From Coriobacteriales bacterium (lineage in GTDB: Bacteria; Actinomycetota; Coriobacteriia; Coriobacteriales; UBA8131), in the NCBI GenBank assembly GCA_031282405.1, contig JAITDU010000033.1:5857-69856 (forward strand): 64,000 nucleotides of DNA, given 5' to 3'. The notes beneath the pieces are model-generated. The model was not told where the DNA came from. It made no database searches and was given only the letters and a program-made list of their open reading frames with translations. Below are positions 1 through 9,714 of the stretch, piece by piece. The translations under genes and the position numbers were made by a program. How positions within the stretch are numbered: position 1 is the stretch's first letter; every line of letters starts with the position of its first letter.

Positions 1-1506
1 TTTGAGGATCAAAGTCATGTCTGGCGCAAAAAGGACATAGTCAAAAGAAGTGAGAGTACTGGGCGCTTTTAAGATGACGTCTTCTTTGACCTCATTGCCA
101 TAAACGCTATAGCTTATGTCAATACCCTCTGAAGCGTTGTTGTACAGCACGGCATTTTCTTTGGCTACCGCGTCTTTGAGTGTGGCAAAAAGCGGGGTGG
201 ACATGAGCGTATACCCGTCTTTTTCTATAGTAAGGCCACTCCCCTCTTTGGGAAGTGTGACGCTGTAGGCGTTAGCTTTGTTTGTAAAGCCTGAGGCAGT
301 AGAGATAAGAGTGTTGTCAATGTCGCGTTCTTTACCTGAATCGTCGCTATAGGTAAGAGGCTCATTTTGGATGCGCGTGGTGTAGGTACCGTCAAAGTTT
401 AGGTAGGTGCGACTGAACCTGTCGTGCGAAACTTCGTAGAGGGCACCTTCGGGCTTTTTAGGTTCAGGGTCTATTTGAGGGGCCTTAAGAGGGGCTTTGG
501 GCACAGGTGTTGGCGCAAGTGAGTTGTCAATATTTTGTGGGTCTGTTTTTTGGATAGGCGTAAAGGAGGTATCTTGGGCACCCTTTGATGTTTGTCCCTG
601 TGCGTCTTGGTTTGTTGTGTTTTGCTCCTGTGGCGTGTCGGTATCGGTAGCAGCACCTGTATCAGAGTTTGTCTCGGTGCTTTCAAGTGCCCAGGCAGGT
701 GAGGTATCACTTAAAAAATAAAGCCATATCGAGGGTACCGAGCCTAAAAATACTAAGGTGGCAAGGGTGGTTCGTGCTATCTTAGACAGAGGGCTTAGAG
801 GTTTGTTCAGGTAAGTTTGGCTGTTTTGGGTACGTGATGGTGAGGGCATGGGACTTACGGTGTTGTTTTGTTCCGGGTACTCAAAAGGTATGTTTGGCGC
901 ATGAGGCGCACAGCTGTGTGTTTGGATCTTGGGGCGCACTAAAGAAGAGAGCGGGCCTTTTTTAGGAGTGTTTCTTCGACGGGGCCCTCCGTAGGATATA
1001 CCGTGTTTTTTGGGGATATAAAGACGATATATCAGGTACAAAAACACTGCACCCAAAACCAAAAGCAGCGCACACTCAACTATCCAAGCCACCAAAGTAT
1101 GCACGATGAATCTGTCAAAGACTACCGAGATGATAAAGCCTAAGACCGTACATAAAGCCACGTAGGCCAAGAGGCTGAGGTAATAGTGCTTACATGAGCT
1201 TTTGGCTGTCTGAAACCACGGGCGCAAAGACTCAGGGTGTGTACTGAGCGAAAAAGCAGCATGTAAGACGACAGGAGCAAGCGTCACTGCGAAAAGAAGC
1301 GAGAGGGCTCCGGCAAAACCTTGGATATGAGCTACCGTGATGGGCAAAAACGTAAGGTGCGCAACTACCGTAGTGACAAAGCCCACGATCATCGCCACGA
1401 CAAGGGCCGCACACGCGCCTGCTAAAACCACCAAAGCGATGACGGAGAAAAAAAGCGCAGGTTTGGCCTTAGATACACGAGAGGTGTTGTTAGATAAAGT
1501 AGACAT
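1..1506 (-). CDS. Partial CDS (3' end runs off the left edge): polytopic membrane protein with a large extracytoplasmic C-terminal region, function unknown
   Basis: Not in the supplied ORF track. Read by hand: plus-strand triplets at 1,4,7... contain no tta/cta/tca from nt 1 up to tca at 1564-1566, which is the stop of the upstream MORN gene in the same frame. The first in-frame ATG is cat at 1504-1506. Translation starts MSTLSNNTSRVSKAKPALFFSVIALVVLAGACAALVVAMIVGF... It has about 5 hydrophobic segments, then a Thr/Gln/Asp/Pro-rich linker (TETNSDTGAATDTDTPQEQNTTNQ...) and a beta-rich-looking domain. Confidence 0.6.
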   Translation of the reverse strand, partial: MSTLSNNTSRVSKAKPALFFSVIALVVLAGACAALVVAMIVGFVTTVVAHLTFLPITVAHIQGFAGALSLLFAVTLAPVVLHAAFSLSTHPESLRPWFQTAKSSCKHYYLSLLAYVALCTVLGFIISVVFDRFIVHTLVAWIVECALLLVLGAVFLYLIYRLYIPKKHGISYGGPRRRNTPKKGPLSSLVRPKIQTHSCAPHAPNIPFEYPEQNNTVSPMPSPSRTQNSQTYLNKPLSPLSKIARTTLATLVFLGSVPSIWLYFLSDTSPAWALESTETNSDTGAATDTDTPQEQNTTNQDAQGQTSKGAQDTSFTPIQKTDPQNIDNSLAPTPVPKAPLKAPQIDPEPKKPEGALYEVSHDRFSRTYLNFDGTYTTRIQNEPLTYSDDSGKERDIDNTLISTASGFTNKANAYSVTLPKEGSGLTIEKDGYTLMSTPLFATLKDAVAKENAVLYNNASEGIDISYSVYGNEVKEDVILKAPSTLTSFDYVLFAPDMTLILK

Positions 1507-1528
1507 CACACATGACCTGCTATTGCGA

Positions 1529-1539
1529 GGGGGGGGGGG
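1529..1539. repeat. G11 homopolymer (C11 on the coding strand) in the 57-nt spacer between the MORN gene stop and the ATG of the left-edge membrane protein
   Basis: Counted directly: g at 1529-1530 plus 1531-1539. It lies 23 nt upstream of the ATG at 1506. Confidence 0.9.
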
Positions 1540-1563
1540 TGTTATAAAAAGCGGACATATACC

Positions 1564-2931
1564 TCAGCCTACAAAACTATCCTGGCGCCACGGGCCCGAT
1601 ATTATCTCGCCGGAGGCATAAATAAAGGTTCCTTGGCCGGTGCGCTTATCGGCATAAAAAGCCCCTCGATAGGTGCCAAAGTAAACGCCAAGGGCATCTG
1701 TGTAGGTTTGAGTACCCTCGCCATGCCTTAAGTTATCTTGAAAATCCCCTTCATAAACAGAACCATCGGCATAATACAGTGTGCCTATGCCATGAAAAAG
1801 GCCTCGCTGCCACTCACCTTTATATGACCAGCCCTCATGTGAGTTAAAGCTGCCCCACCCCTCCTCTACGTCATTTTGCCACTCACCGGTATACACAGAG
1901 CCGTCAGCATAGGTATAGGTGCCCTCGCCAGACTTAAGGCCTGCTTTCCACATGCCACTGTAACGAAAACCCAGAGCACTTATGAGTGTGCCTGTGCCCT
2001 CTTGGCGGTCGTGTTTCCACTCACCTTCATATACCGAACCGTCAGCGTAGGTAAGGATGCCCTGACCACTTTTAAGCCCACCGGAAAACAATCCCACATA
2101 CACCCAGCCAACAGCAGAGCGTGTCGTGCCGTGTCCTTCTGGCACATCGGCTACAAACTGACCTGTGTAAGTAGTAGTATCGGGAAAGGTAAGCTGCCCT
2201 TCGCCTTGCCGTATACCTAACTCCCATGTGCCATTTGAGGCAGCCTTAAGGGCCGATGCGGGAGTAAAAGAACCTTGAGAAGAAGGCAGGTTGTCTTTGA
2301 AGGTGCCGGTGTACACCGAGCCGTCCGGATAGGTAAGCGTGCCTTCTCCTTGTCTGATACCTTGATAAAACGTACCTTCGTATACCCAGCCGCCAGAGCT
2401 TTTTGACGTGCCCAAGCCCTGCCAAAGCCCTTCTTGCCACTCGCCTTCATAAAAAGAGCCATCGAGGTAGTAATAAGTACCCTTTCCATTGATGTTGTCG
2501 TTTTGCCATTGGCCTTGATAGCGCTCGGTATTTTTAAGAGTTAAGGTGCCTTCGCCTTCGCGCTTGCCGTGCAAAAACGAACCTGCATACACCGAGCTGT
2601 CTTTATAGGTAAGCGTGCCCTCGCCCTCATAGTAGCCGTCTTTGAAATAGCCGGTATAGATACCACCTGCAACGTTGGGACGGTTTTCGTAGTAGCCATT
2701 TAGGCTGGGATCAAAATAGGGATCTGGCTCAGGGATAAATAACATACCGGTAGCAGCACCAATAGATATAAAGGTAAGAGAGGCTATAGCTACAGCAGAA
2801 GTAGAAACGAGGGTGATTTTTTGCCACAGAGGATAAGGGCGCAGTTTACCCGCGCGGATAATGATGACTACTCCGGCCAGTATCGCTACAGCCAAAAGAG
2901 CCAAGGCGACTATGTAAGTCACATCTAACAC
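1564..2931 (-). CDS. MORN-repeat membrane protein
   Basis: 455-aa ORF. It has two N-terminal hydrophobic helices, then about 14 tandem MORN-type units (Y-x-G-x-F/W-x-x-x-x-x-x-G-x-G-T-x-x-Y-x-D-G-S-V, e.g. YEGEWKHDRQEGTGTL, YTGEWQNDVEEGWGSF). GTG start (cac 2929-2931). Confidence 0.85.
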   Translation of the reverse strand: MLDVTYIVALALLAVAILAGVVIIIRAGKLRPYPLWQKITLVSTSAVAIASLTFISIGAATGMLFIPEPDPYFDPSLNGYYENRPNVAGGIYTGYFKDGYYEGEGTLTYKDSSVYAGSFLHGKREGEGTLTLKNTERYQGQWQNDNINGKGTYYYLDGSFYEGEWQEGLWQGLGTSKSSGGWVYEGTFYQGIRQGEGTLTYPDGSVYTGTFKDNLPSSQGSFTPASALKAASNGTWELGIRQGEGQLTFPDTTTYTGQFVADVPEGHGTTRSAVGWVYVGLFSGGLKSGQGILTYADGSVYEGEWKHDRQEGTGTLISALGFRYSGMWKAGLKSGEGTYTYADGSVYTGEWQNDVEEGWGSFNSHEGWSYKGEWQRGLFHGIGTLYYADGSVYEGDFQDNLRHGEGTQTYTDALGVYFGTYRGAFYADKRTGQGTFIYASGEIISGPWRQDSFVG

Positions 2932-3102
2932 TTTGTCCCCACAACCATCGAAACCCGTGCGCGCTCTTCGTTTTGCCTAACAACAAATCCCGCGCCTTTT
3001 TTGGTGGTCCTTAGAGGATTTTAAGACTTCAGAAAGGGCGCTTAACCTCACAACTTGGCCTAGCTTCACATCTGAATATCAATCCCAAAACCGGTCGTAC
3101 AC

Positions 3103-3126
3103 CTATACTTGATACTATACTTGATA
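3103..3126. repeat. Perfect 12-bp tandem direct repeat (ctatacttgata x2) in the gene-free 509-bp region upstream of the MORN gene
   Basis: Read directly: 3103-3114 and 3115-3126 are identical. Confidence 0.9.
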
Positions 3127-3440
3127 CCCATTGGTTTTCCGGGCATTTTTATCTTACGCTCTTTATTGTAGACAAGGCGCACTTGAAAGAAGATCGGCCT
3201 AATGGACCGGCGAACGTACCAATATAGACTGTAAACGGTCAACGAAACCTACTGAGACCATAAGCGACCAATGGAGCGCTTTAGCATTCTTGGTCAGCTC
3301 GGCGTTGGTCGTTGGTAGTTTTGCAGCTGCAATGCTGTCAGAGCACTGCGGGTGCGAAGCCATGAGCCTTACGGGCTTGCGTCAGCCAGATACGGGTTTA
3401 AGTGAGTCGGGTACGAGCTTAAGCCCGTAAGATGATAAGT

Positions 3441-5219
3441 CTACGGGGCTTTGACGGCCGAGACGGCTAAACAGAAGCGATCGGCAAAACGCGACAGAGT
3501 CTCGGAGTCGTTGCCGGCCAGATGTACCTGGACAGCGCGACGACCACGGGCGGCCAGCGCATCAAAATCTCCCTGGGCTTGAATAGCAGCCAGATCTCCC
3601 AGAGAAAGGCCCTCGCCGGGAATTATGATGTCATTATCCTCATCGGCCGACAAAAACAAAAATACGCCGGTATTGGGGCCGCCTTTGTGCAACTGCCCTG
3701 TAGAATGTAGATAGCGCGGGCCAATTTCCAAACAGGATGCCACACCCAAGCGACTGGCCACACGATTGCGCATACGTTCCAAAGCCTCGCGACGGCCATA
3801 GCCCCTAAAAGGCAAAAAGGCATTGAGCGAGAAATAATCGCGCTGCTCAAGCGAGCCCAGCAAGGCACGCAGGACATGATCAACCGTGACTTCTCCCCAT
3901 GCCAAATCCGTCGCATCCAAAAGCCCCTGGCTGATGCGTACAGCCCGGACGTAATCCAATTGCGAAAAGTCTATTTGCACGCAGCTATGAGCCGTTGGAC
4001 TATGCGCTGCATCAGAGCAATCGCGCACACTCACACCGTCCTGGGATCGTCCGGTGCCAAGCAGGGCTTTGACCCGTTGTTTGGTGTCCTCAACATCTGG
4101 CTGGTCAAAGGGATTGACCCCCATGAGCAGACCCACCATAGCCACAGCATACTCCCAAACCACAAAGCGGCCAAACAGCTCCTCGACAGAATCAAGTGAA
4201 TAGTGTCGGGCGGGAATAGACGGGTCAAAGTTTTGAATCGACTCGGCAAAGCCTTCCGGATGACCAACTTCGTAACTTATGGCACAGCGGTCGACACGGG
4301 CTACACTTAAAATGGAAGCATCTACCTCAACGTTAGGCAGTATGCCCTTGTTTTGCTTGCCCAACGACTCGGCAATAAGCTGCTCCAACCAAAGCCCAAA
4401 CACCTGGCCGGATGGCGGCATGACCAACGACATCTTGTCGCGCCCCGCAAGGTAGTTGTCATAGATAAAGCAGGCCAGATCCACCGCCGGGTTATCGTCT
4501 GTGTCCTGTGCACAGCGCTGTTCTACCTGGGCGGCAGCATGTACCACATCGGCGATGTCGATACCGATACAGGCCGCGGGAAACAGGGCGAATACCGAAA
4601 GTGCAGAAAAACGCCCACCCACATCGGGCGGAGAGGAGAGCACGAAGCGGTAGTTTTTGGTCTGAGCCAGATGCTCCAGTTGGCTGCCAGGGTCGGTAAT
4701 GGCCACGAAACGCTTGGCCGCACCCGAGGTACCCAGATGGCCGGTAACGTAGTGCCACGCCACACGCTCAAGCATCAAGGGCTCAATGGTCGAGCCAGAC
4801 TTGCTGGAGACGATATAAAGGGTCTTGGCAGGGTCAGACGAACCGAGAATATGGTTGACAAAGACCGGCGAGAGCGAATCCATCGTCCTGAAGGCCACAG
4901 AGCCCTCGGGGCTACCCATGCGCACTTCATGCAACTTCGTTATTGTCATCGCCGCCTGCGAGGAGCCTCCCTGGCCGATAAGCACAACGGCTTCCAGCCC
5001 TTCAAGGCGGATGCCCGACGCAATGGCCGCAAGTTCCTCAACACTCATAGGTGGGTTTGAACTAAGATGCAGCCAGCCCAAAGACCCTAAAACCCGATTC
5101 TGATCAGGTTCAACACCGGCAAAAAGCGACGCGTCTTTGGCATACAGTCGCGAAGGCACCTTATGCGCCAGCAGGTAGGGCATACACTCGCGGGAGGTGG
5201 TAGGAACAATATCGCTCAC
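3441..5219 (-). CDS. pgi: Glucose-6-phosphate isomerase (PGI/SIS family)
   Basis: 592 aa. PGI hallmarks YIVSSKSGSTIEP and DVGGRFSALSVFAL are present. GTG start (cac 5217-5219) preceded by GAAGG. Confidence 0.8.
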   Translation of the reverse strand: MSDIVPTTSRECMPYLLAHKVPSRLYAKDASLFAGVEPDQNRVLGSLGWLHLSSNPPMSVEELAAIASGIRLEGLEAVVLIGQGGSSQAAMTITKLHEVRMGSPEGSVAFRTMDSLSPVFVNHILGSSDPAKTLYIVSSKSGSTIEPLMLERVAWHYVTGHLGTSGAAKRFVAITDPGSQLEHLAQTKNYRFVLSSPPDVGGRFSALSVFALFPAACIGIDIADVVHAAAQVEQRCAQDTDDNPAVDLACFIYDNYLAGRDKMSLVMPPSGQVFGLWLEQLIAESLGKQNKGILPNVEVDASILSVARVDRCAISYEVGHPEGFAESIQNFDPSIPARHYSLDSVEELFGRFVVWEYAVAMVGLLMGVNPFDQPDVEDTKQRVKALLGTGRSQDGVSVRDCSDAAHSPTAHSCVQIDFSQLDYVRAVRISQGLLDATDLAWGEVTVDHVLRALLGSLEQRDYFSLNAFLPFRGYGRREALERMRNRVASRLGVASCLEIGPRYLHSTGQLHKGGPNTGVFLFLSADEDNDIIIPGEGLSLGDLAAIQAQGDFDALAARGRRAVQVHLAGNDSETLSRFADRFCLAVSAVKAP

Positions 5220-5294
5220 ATGACCTTCAATCTGAGAGAAGGAATTAGGGAGAAATGCTTTCGTTCAGCTTGTTCGTCCAGCTATAGTGCTAAA

Positions 5295-6179
5295 TTATTT
5301 AGCACTTTTTTGGTCATCGGCCGTCGCTTTCACTGTTGAATCCTCGCCCTCAGAGTCCTTCGCAACGATATCCTCAGAGTTCTCATGAGCGGTATCTTCA
5401 GAATTCTCAGTATCACTATCAGCAGTATCCGCCTTGTCAGCAGTATCCGCACCAGCGTCTGCGGCCTCGGCGGCTTCGGCGGCCTCGGCGGCTTCGGCGG
5501 CACTATCCTGTTCAAGAGGCTCGTCCTTGTCAGCAGACTTGTCTAAAGAGTCGGCATCATCATCCTTGACACCATCCTTGGACGCGTCCTTATCCAAAGA
5601 ATCTACATCAACGTCCTTGTCACTTGCCTTGTTATCCGCTTTGGCACTTGCTTCGTCACTTGCCTTGTCATCCGCTTGAACGTCGGCTTTGTCGCCCGCT
5701 TGAGCTCCGGCTTTAGTGCCCGCCTTGGCCCCCCTCTTGGACGCACTCTTGCCAGGTGCCGCTGTCGTTGTGGCTTTTTTGCCGGTGTCCTGGCTTGAAG
5801 ATTTACCCTTGGCATGGTACGGCTCTTGCACCAGCTCCATGATGACAATGATGGCGCCATCGCCGCGACGCTTGCCTATCTTAAAAATGCGGCTGTAGCC
5901 ACCGGGTCGGTCCTTGAACAGGCCCTGCTCAACCTTGGCAAACAGCTCACCTACCAGGGATTGATCGCCGAGTTTGGCGATGGCCAGACGGCGAGCGTGC
6001 ACATCGCCGCGCTTGGCCCAGGTAATCAACTTATCCACATCGCCGCGAATCTCTTTGGCGCGCTCCAACGTGGTCTTGATGCGATCATTGGCAAACAAGT
6101 TCACACAGAGGTTCTTTTTGATGGCAGCGCTGTGGCTGGCATCAGTGCCCAGCTTGCGCCCTTTTTTATAATGTCTCAT
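5295..6179 (-). CDS. rplQ: 50S ribosomal protein L17 with a ~175-aa low-complexity acidic/Lys/Ala C-terminal extension
   Basis: The N-terminal ~118 aa are typical L17 (MRHYKKGRKLGTDASHSAAIKKNL...GGYSRIFKIGKRRGDGA). The rest is K/A/D/S/E-rich, including AEAAEAAEAAEAA. It sits directly downstream of rpoA. Confidence 0.9.
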   Translation of the reverse strand: MRHYKKGRKLGTDASHSAAIKKNLCVNLFANDRIKTTLERAKEIRGDVDKLITWAKRGDVHARRLAIAKLGDQSLVGELFAKVEQGLFKDRPGGYSRIFKIGKRRGDGAIIVIMELVQEPYHAKGKSSSQDTGKKATTTAAPGKSASKRGAKAGTKAGAQAGDKADVQADDKASDEASAKADNKASDKDVDVDSLDKDASKDGVKDDDADSLDKSADKDEPLEQDSAAEAAEAAEAAEAADAGADTADKADTADSDTENSEDTAHENSEDIVAKDSEGEDSTVKATADDQKSAK

Positions 6180-6256
6180 TTAATCTCTCCCAAATCATCG
6201 GATAGTGCGCTGAGTCCAGCAGCGAACCGGCAACATACCCGGCCACACGCCCGTAC

Positions 6257-7207
6257 TTATGGTTTGAGCCCAAGGCCCATGGCCTGTAACTTGTCTTTGA
6301 CCTCTTCGATGGACTTCGCGCCAAAGTTACGGATGTTCAAAAGATCGTTTTCTGAAAAGTCGACCAATTGCCGCACGCTATGGATACCGGCGCGCTTCAA
6401 GCAATTGTAGGAACGGACGCTCAGGTCCAGTTCCTCGACCTGTCGGTCAAGCTCGGTGCTGGAAATGATGTCCTCACGGGCAAAAATCGATGGCGCATCG
6501 CTCTCGAATTCGTCTGAGTCCAAGACCATGAACGCATCGGTATGCTGTTTAATAATGTCGGCGGCACGCATGACAGCATCGGTAGGAGTCGTCGCCCCGT
6601 TGGTCTCGACCTCCAAGACCAGCCTGTCATAATCAGTGCGCTGCCCTACGCGCGTGTCGGTTACACTCATCGTACAGCGCCGAACCGGCGAGAACAGCGA
6701 ATCCACCGGAATATACCCTATGGGATCAGTAGCAAGTTTGTTGCGCTCGGCCGATATATAGCCACGGCCCACACCGATGCGCAAGGTCATATCTAACTTC
6801 CCGCCCTTGGCGAGGGTAGCCACAATATGATTTGGATTGATCAACTCGAATTCGGAGGGCACCTCAATATCCGCTCCGGTAATGATGGTCTCGTCTTGGG
6901 TGCCTTCAACGTTGACGCGGGCCAGAGCCTCGCGGGCAGAGGTTAATGAACTGAACACCAGGCCCTTGATGTTGAGGATGATGTCTGTAACATCCTCAAT
7001 AACACCATCGGCAACCGAGAATTCGTGCTGCACTCCCTCTATCTTGATTGCGGTAACCGCAGCGCCATCCAAAGACGATAGCAGCACGCGGCGCAGACTG
7101 TTACCCAGCGTCTGACCGTAGCCACGCTCCAGGGGTTCTGCTATAAAACGGGCCAGTGAATTATTGACATTCTCCACGGTTACCTGTGGTCTCATAAACT
7201 CTGTCAT
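6257..7207 (-). CDS. rpoA: DNA-directed RNA polymerase subunit alpha
   Basis: The track ORF 6257..7300 is trimmed to the internal ATG (cat 7205-7207), which is preceded by AAGGAGAGG. The MTEFMRPQVTVENV...GYGQTLGNSLRRVLLSSL N-terminal domain and the C-terminal LDLSVRSYNCLKRAGI helix-hairpin-helix are present. Confidence 0.9.
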   Translation of the reverse strand: MTEFMRPQVTVENVNNSLARFIAEPLERGYGQTLGNSLRRVLLSSLDGAAVTAIKIEGVQHEFSVADGVIEDVTDIILNIKGLVFSSLTSAREALARVNVEGTQDETIITGADIEVPSEFELINPNHIVATLAKGGKLDMTLRIGVGRGYISAERNKLATDPIGYIPVDSLFSPVRRCTMSVTDTRVGQRTDYDRLVLEVETNGATTPTDAVMRAADIIKQHTDAFMVLDSDEFESDAPSIFAREDIISSTELDRQVEELDLSVRSYNCLKRAGIHSVRQLVDFSENDLLNIRNFGAKSIEEVKDKLQAMGLGLKP

Positions 7208-7241
7208 CGAAACCTCTCCTTTTGGTTTTACCTGAGCCGAC

Positions 7242-7868
7242 TTACTTGGAGTACAACTCAACAATGAGTTGCTCGCGGATATCCAGGTCGATCTGCTCAC
7301 GTGATGGCAGGTCCAGCACCGAGCCCTGGAGTTTCTCGATATCTACTTCCAGCCACTGCGGCACCTCGGTGCGCTCGCTGGAAATCAAAGACGACTTGAT
7401 GACCAGCATCTCGCGGGCTTTGGGCAGCACCGCCACAAGATCCCCGGCTTTAACGCGGTAAGACGGAATGTCCACTCGGCGTCCGTTGACGGAGATATGA
7501 CCGTGAAGCACCTGCTGGCGAGCCTCGTCGCGCGACTTGGCAAAGCCCAACCGATAGACAACGTTGTCCAGGCGGGATTCCAGGATGCGCAGCAGATTCT
7601 CGCCGGTAACCCCGGCTTGACGGTTGGCCAATTCATAGTAGTTCCTGAACTGCTTTTCCAAGAGCCCATAAATACGCTTGGTTTTTTGCTTCTCGCGCAG
7701 CTGCATACGATATTCGGATTCCTTGATGCGTTTCCTGCCGGCATCGCCGGGGGGATAATCGCGGCGCTCCATAGCACATTTGCTCGTATAGCAACGGTCG
7801 CCTTTCAAAAAGAGCTTAGCCCCTTCGCGTCGGCAAAGTCGGCAGTCAGCCCCGGTATATCTTGCCAT
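7242..7868 (-). CDS. rpsD: 30S ribosomal protein S4
   Basis: [26 protein letters not shown]... is a typical S4, in conserved position between rpsK and rpoA. Confidence 0.95.
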   Translation of the reverse strand: MARYTGADCRLCRREGAKLFLKGDRCYTSKCAMERRDYPPGDAGRKRIKESEYRMQLREKQKTKRIYGLLEKQFRNYYELANRQAGVTGENLLRILESRLDNVVYRLGFAKSRDEARQQVLHGHISVNGRRVDIPSYRVKAGDLVAVLPKAREMLVIKSSLISSERTEVPQWLEVDIEKLQGSVLDLPSREQIDLDIREQLIVELYSK

Positions 7869-8072
7869 TAGCTTTCCTCTCGTAATGTCATTTTACGCCC
7901 TAGCTGGGGAGAAATACAGGCCGCGCGAGTCATACTGTCCCGCCCGTTGTCGCCACCAACGTTCGCCTTACCACCAGCGTTTGCTTGCGCTACCTCGTTG
8001 CAACACCGCGCTGACACACTCGTCTTAGAAGTGTCCGCCTTGAGTGCTGCTCGGCACTGCGGTCTTTGCGGT

Positions 8073-8471
8073 CTAAACGCGCCGGCGTTTGCGCTGCCGC
8101 ACGCCATTGTGCGGAATCGGTGTGCAGTCCTGGATACTGGCAATCTCCAAACCGTTGGCCTGCAAAGTGCGGATAGCGGTCTCTCTGCCCGAGCCTGGGC
8201 CCTTCACAAAGACGGAGACCTTGCGTACACCATGCTCCGATGCCACTTTTGCCACAGCCTCGGCGGCCATCTGCGCGGCAAACGGCGTAGACTTACGCGA
8301 ACCCTTAAAGCCCACTTTGCCAGCGCTTTGCCAGGCTATCGTGTTGCCTTGCGGGTCGGTAATCGTGATGATGGTGTTGTTGAACGTGGATTTGATATGC
8401 GCTTGCCCGACGGCAATGTTCTTGCGCTCGGAGCGCTTGATGCGCGTACGAGCCTGCTTTTTTGCAGCCAT
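8073..8471 (-). CDS. rpsK: 30S ribosomal protein S11
   Basis: 132 aa. ...[46 protein letters not shown]... is a typical S11. Confidence 0.95.
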   Translation of the reverse strand: MAAKKQARTRIKRSERKNIAVGQAHIKSTFNNTIITITDPQGNTIAWQSAGKVGFKGSRKSTPFAAQMAAEAVAKVASEHGVRKVSVFVKGPGSGRETAIRTLQANGLEIASIQDCTPIPHNGVRQRKRRRV

Positions 8472-8839
8472 TATTTCTTCTTACCTCCGATCTGCTTGCG
8501 GGGGCCTTTGCGTGTGCGGGCGTTAGTGTGCGTTCTTTGACCACGCACCGGCAGCCCACGACGATGACGAAGCCCTCGGTAGCAGCCGATCTCCATCAGG
8601 CGTTTGATGTTCGTTGACACCTCGCGGCGCAAATCGCCTTCGATCGTGAGGTTCTTATCGATATATTCGCGAAGTCGTACCGTCTCTTCTTCGGACAGGT
8701 CTTTTACTCGAGTATCTGGGTTCACGTCAGTTCCGGCCAAAATCTGCTTGGCGGTGGTGAGCCCAATGCCGTAGATATAGGTCAACCCGATCTCAACGCG
8801 TTTCTCGCGCGGCAGGTCAACACCGGCAATACGAGCCAT
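8471..8839 (-). CDS. rpsM: 30S ribosomal protein S13
   Basis: [26 protein letters not shown]... is a typical S13. Its stop overlaps the rpsK start by 1 nt. Confidence 0.95.
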   Translation of the reverse strand: MARIAGVDLPREKRVEIGLTYIYGIGLTTAKQILAGTDVNPDTRVKDLSEEETVRLREYIDKNLTIEGDLRREVSTNIKRLMEIGCYRGLRHRRGLPVRGQRTHTNARTRKGPRKQIGGKKK

Positions 8840-8854
8840 ACAACAGCTCCCTTC

Positions 8855-8968
8855 CTAGCCCTGACGCTGCTTATGGCGAGGGTTGGCACAAATCACCAAA
8901 ACCCTGCCGTGGCGTCGGATAACTTTGCACTTATCACACATCTTTTTTACAGAGGGACGCACTTTCAT
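8855..8968 (-). CDS. rpmJ: 50S ribosomal protein L36
   Basis: Below the ORF-track size cutoff. Hand translation of the minus strand from ATG (cat 8966-8968) gives [37 protein letters not shown], with stop at 8855-8857. It lies in the expected position between infA and rpsM. Confidence 0.9.
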   Translation of the reverse strand: MKVRPSVKKMCDKCKVIRRHGRVLVICANPRHKQRQG

Positions 8969-9081
8969 CGTCTCTTTCCTCTCGATTCTCTCTACTCTCT
9001 TATATCTTCACGCCGCAGCCGCAGGCGTTATTTTCCGCTTGTATTCAGGCTTTTAACCAAGGCGCTTTGGCCTGCTATGGC

Positions 9082-9300
9082 TCACTTGAATCGGTAGATT
9101 ATACGCCCCCGACTAAGGTCGTAAGGCGAGAGTTCCACTGTCACCTTGTCACCAGGAAGGATGCGGATGTAGTGCATGCGCATCTTGCCAGAGATATGGG
9201 CCAACACAACATGCCCGTTTTCCAGTTCGACCTTGAACATAGCGTTGGGCAGCGGCTCTACGACCGTACCCTCAAGTTCGATTGCTTCCTCTTTAGTCAA
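9082..9300 (-). CDS. infA: Translation initiation factor IF-1
   Basis: 72 aa. ...[62 protein letters not shown] is canonical IF-1. Confidence 0.95.
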   Translation of the reverse strand: MTKEEAIELEGTVVEPLPNAMFKVELENGHVVLAHISGKMRMHYIRILPGDKVTVELSPYDLSRGRIIYRFK

Positions 9301-9714
9301 GACTCTCCATTGCTAGGTAACAAAAAATAACAGCCGAAAAACAACAGCCGCTTATAATACCGTAAAACTCCTATCTTTAACAAGTGAGAATTACAACAAT
9401 CTCCTAACAAATCCGGCCAATTACGCATCCGGGCGGTAAATACGCACATACATGCCCGGCCGGTGTGTGGCCGGTACTGCCTGACTTACCGCGCCAGGCT
9501 CATGACTTTGCACCCGCATTGTCAGAGAGGCGCCACGTAAGCGAGGACTATTTGAGGGTAGCACTTACTTTGGCGCAAATAAGACAAAAGTATTCGTCTG
9601 TCGAGGGTGCGGACAAAATAAATTGACCGTTCTTTTTGTCTTTGCAAAAGTGAGTGCTACCCTCAAGCTAATCAACAATTCCATTACAGGCACCGGCGAT
9701 TGTCTCTGTCAGAC

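Noticed and set aside
7868-8143. 91-aa minus-strand ORF spanning the rpsK-rpsD spacer.
   Set aside because: It overlaps the 3' end of rpsK out of frame and has an Ala/Arg-rich shadow composition, with no support as a gene.
9301-9714. Possible additional gene or ncRNA in the 660-nt infA/groES divergent region.
   Set aside because: There is no ORF with an RBS. Apart from the promoter, CIRCE and the long hairpin reported above, I could not recognise any known RNA family by eye.
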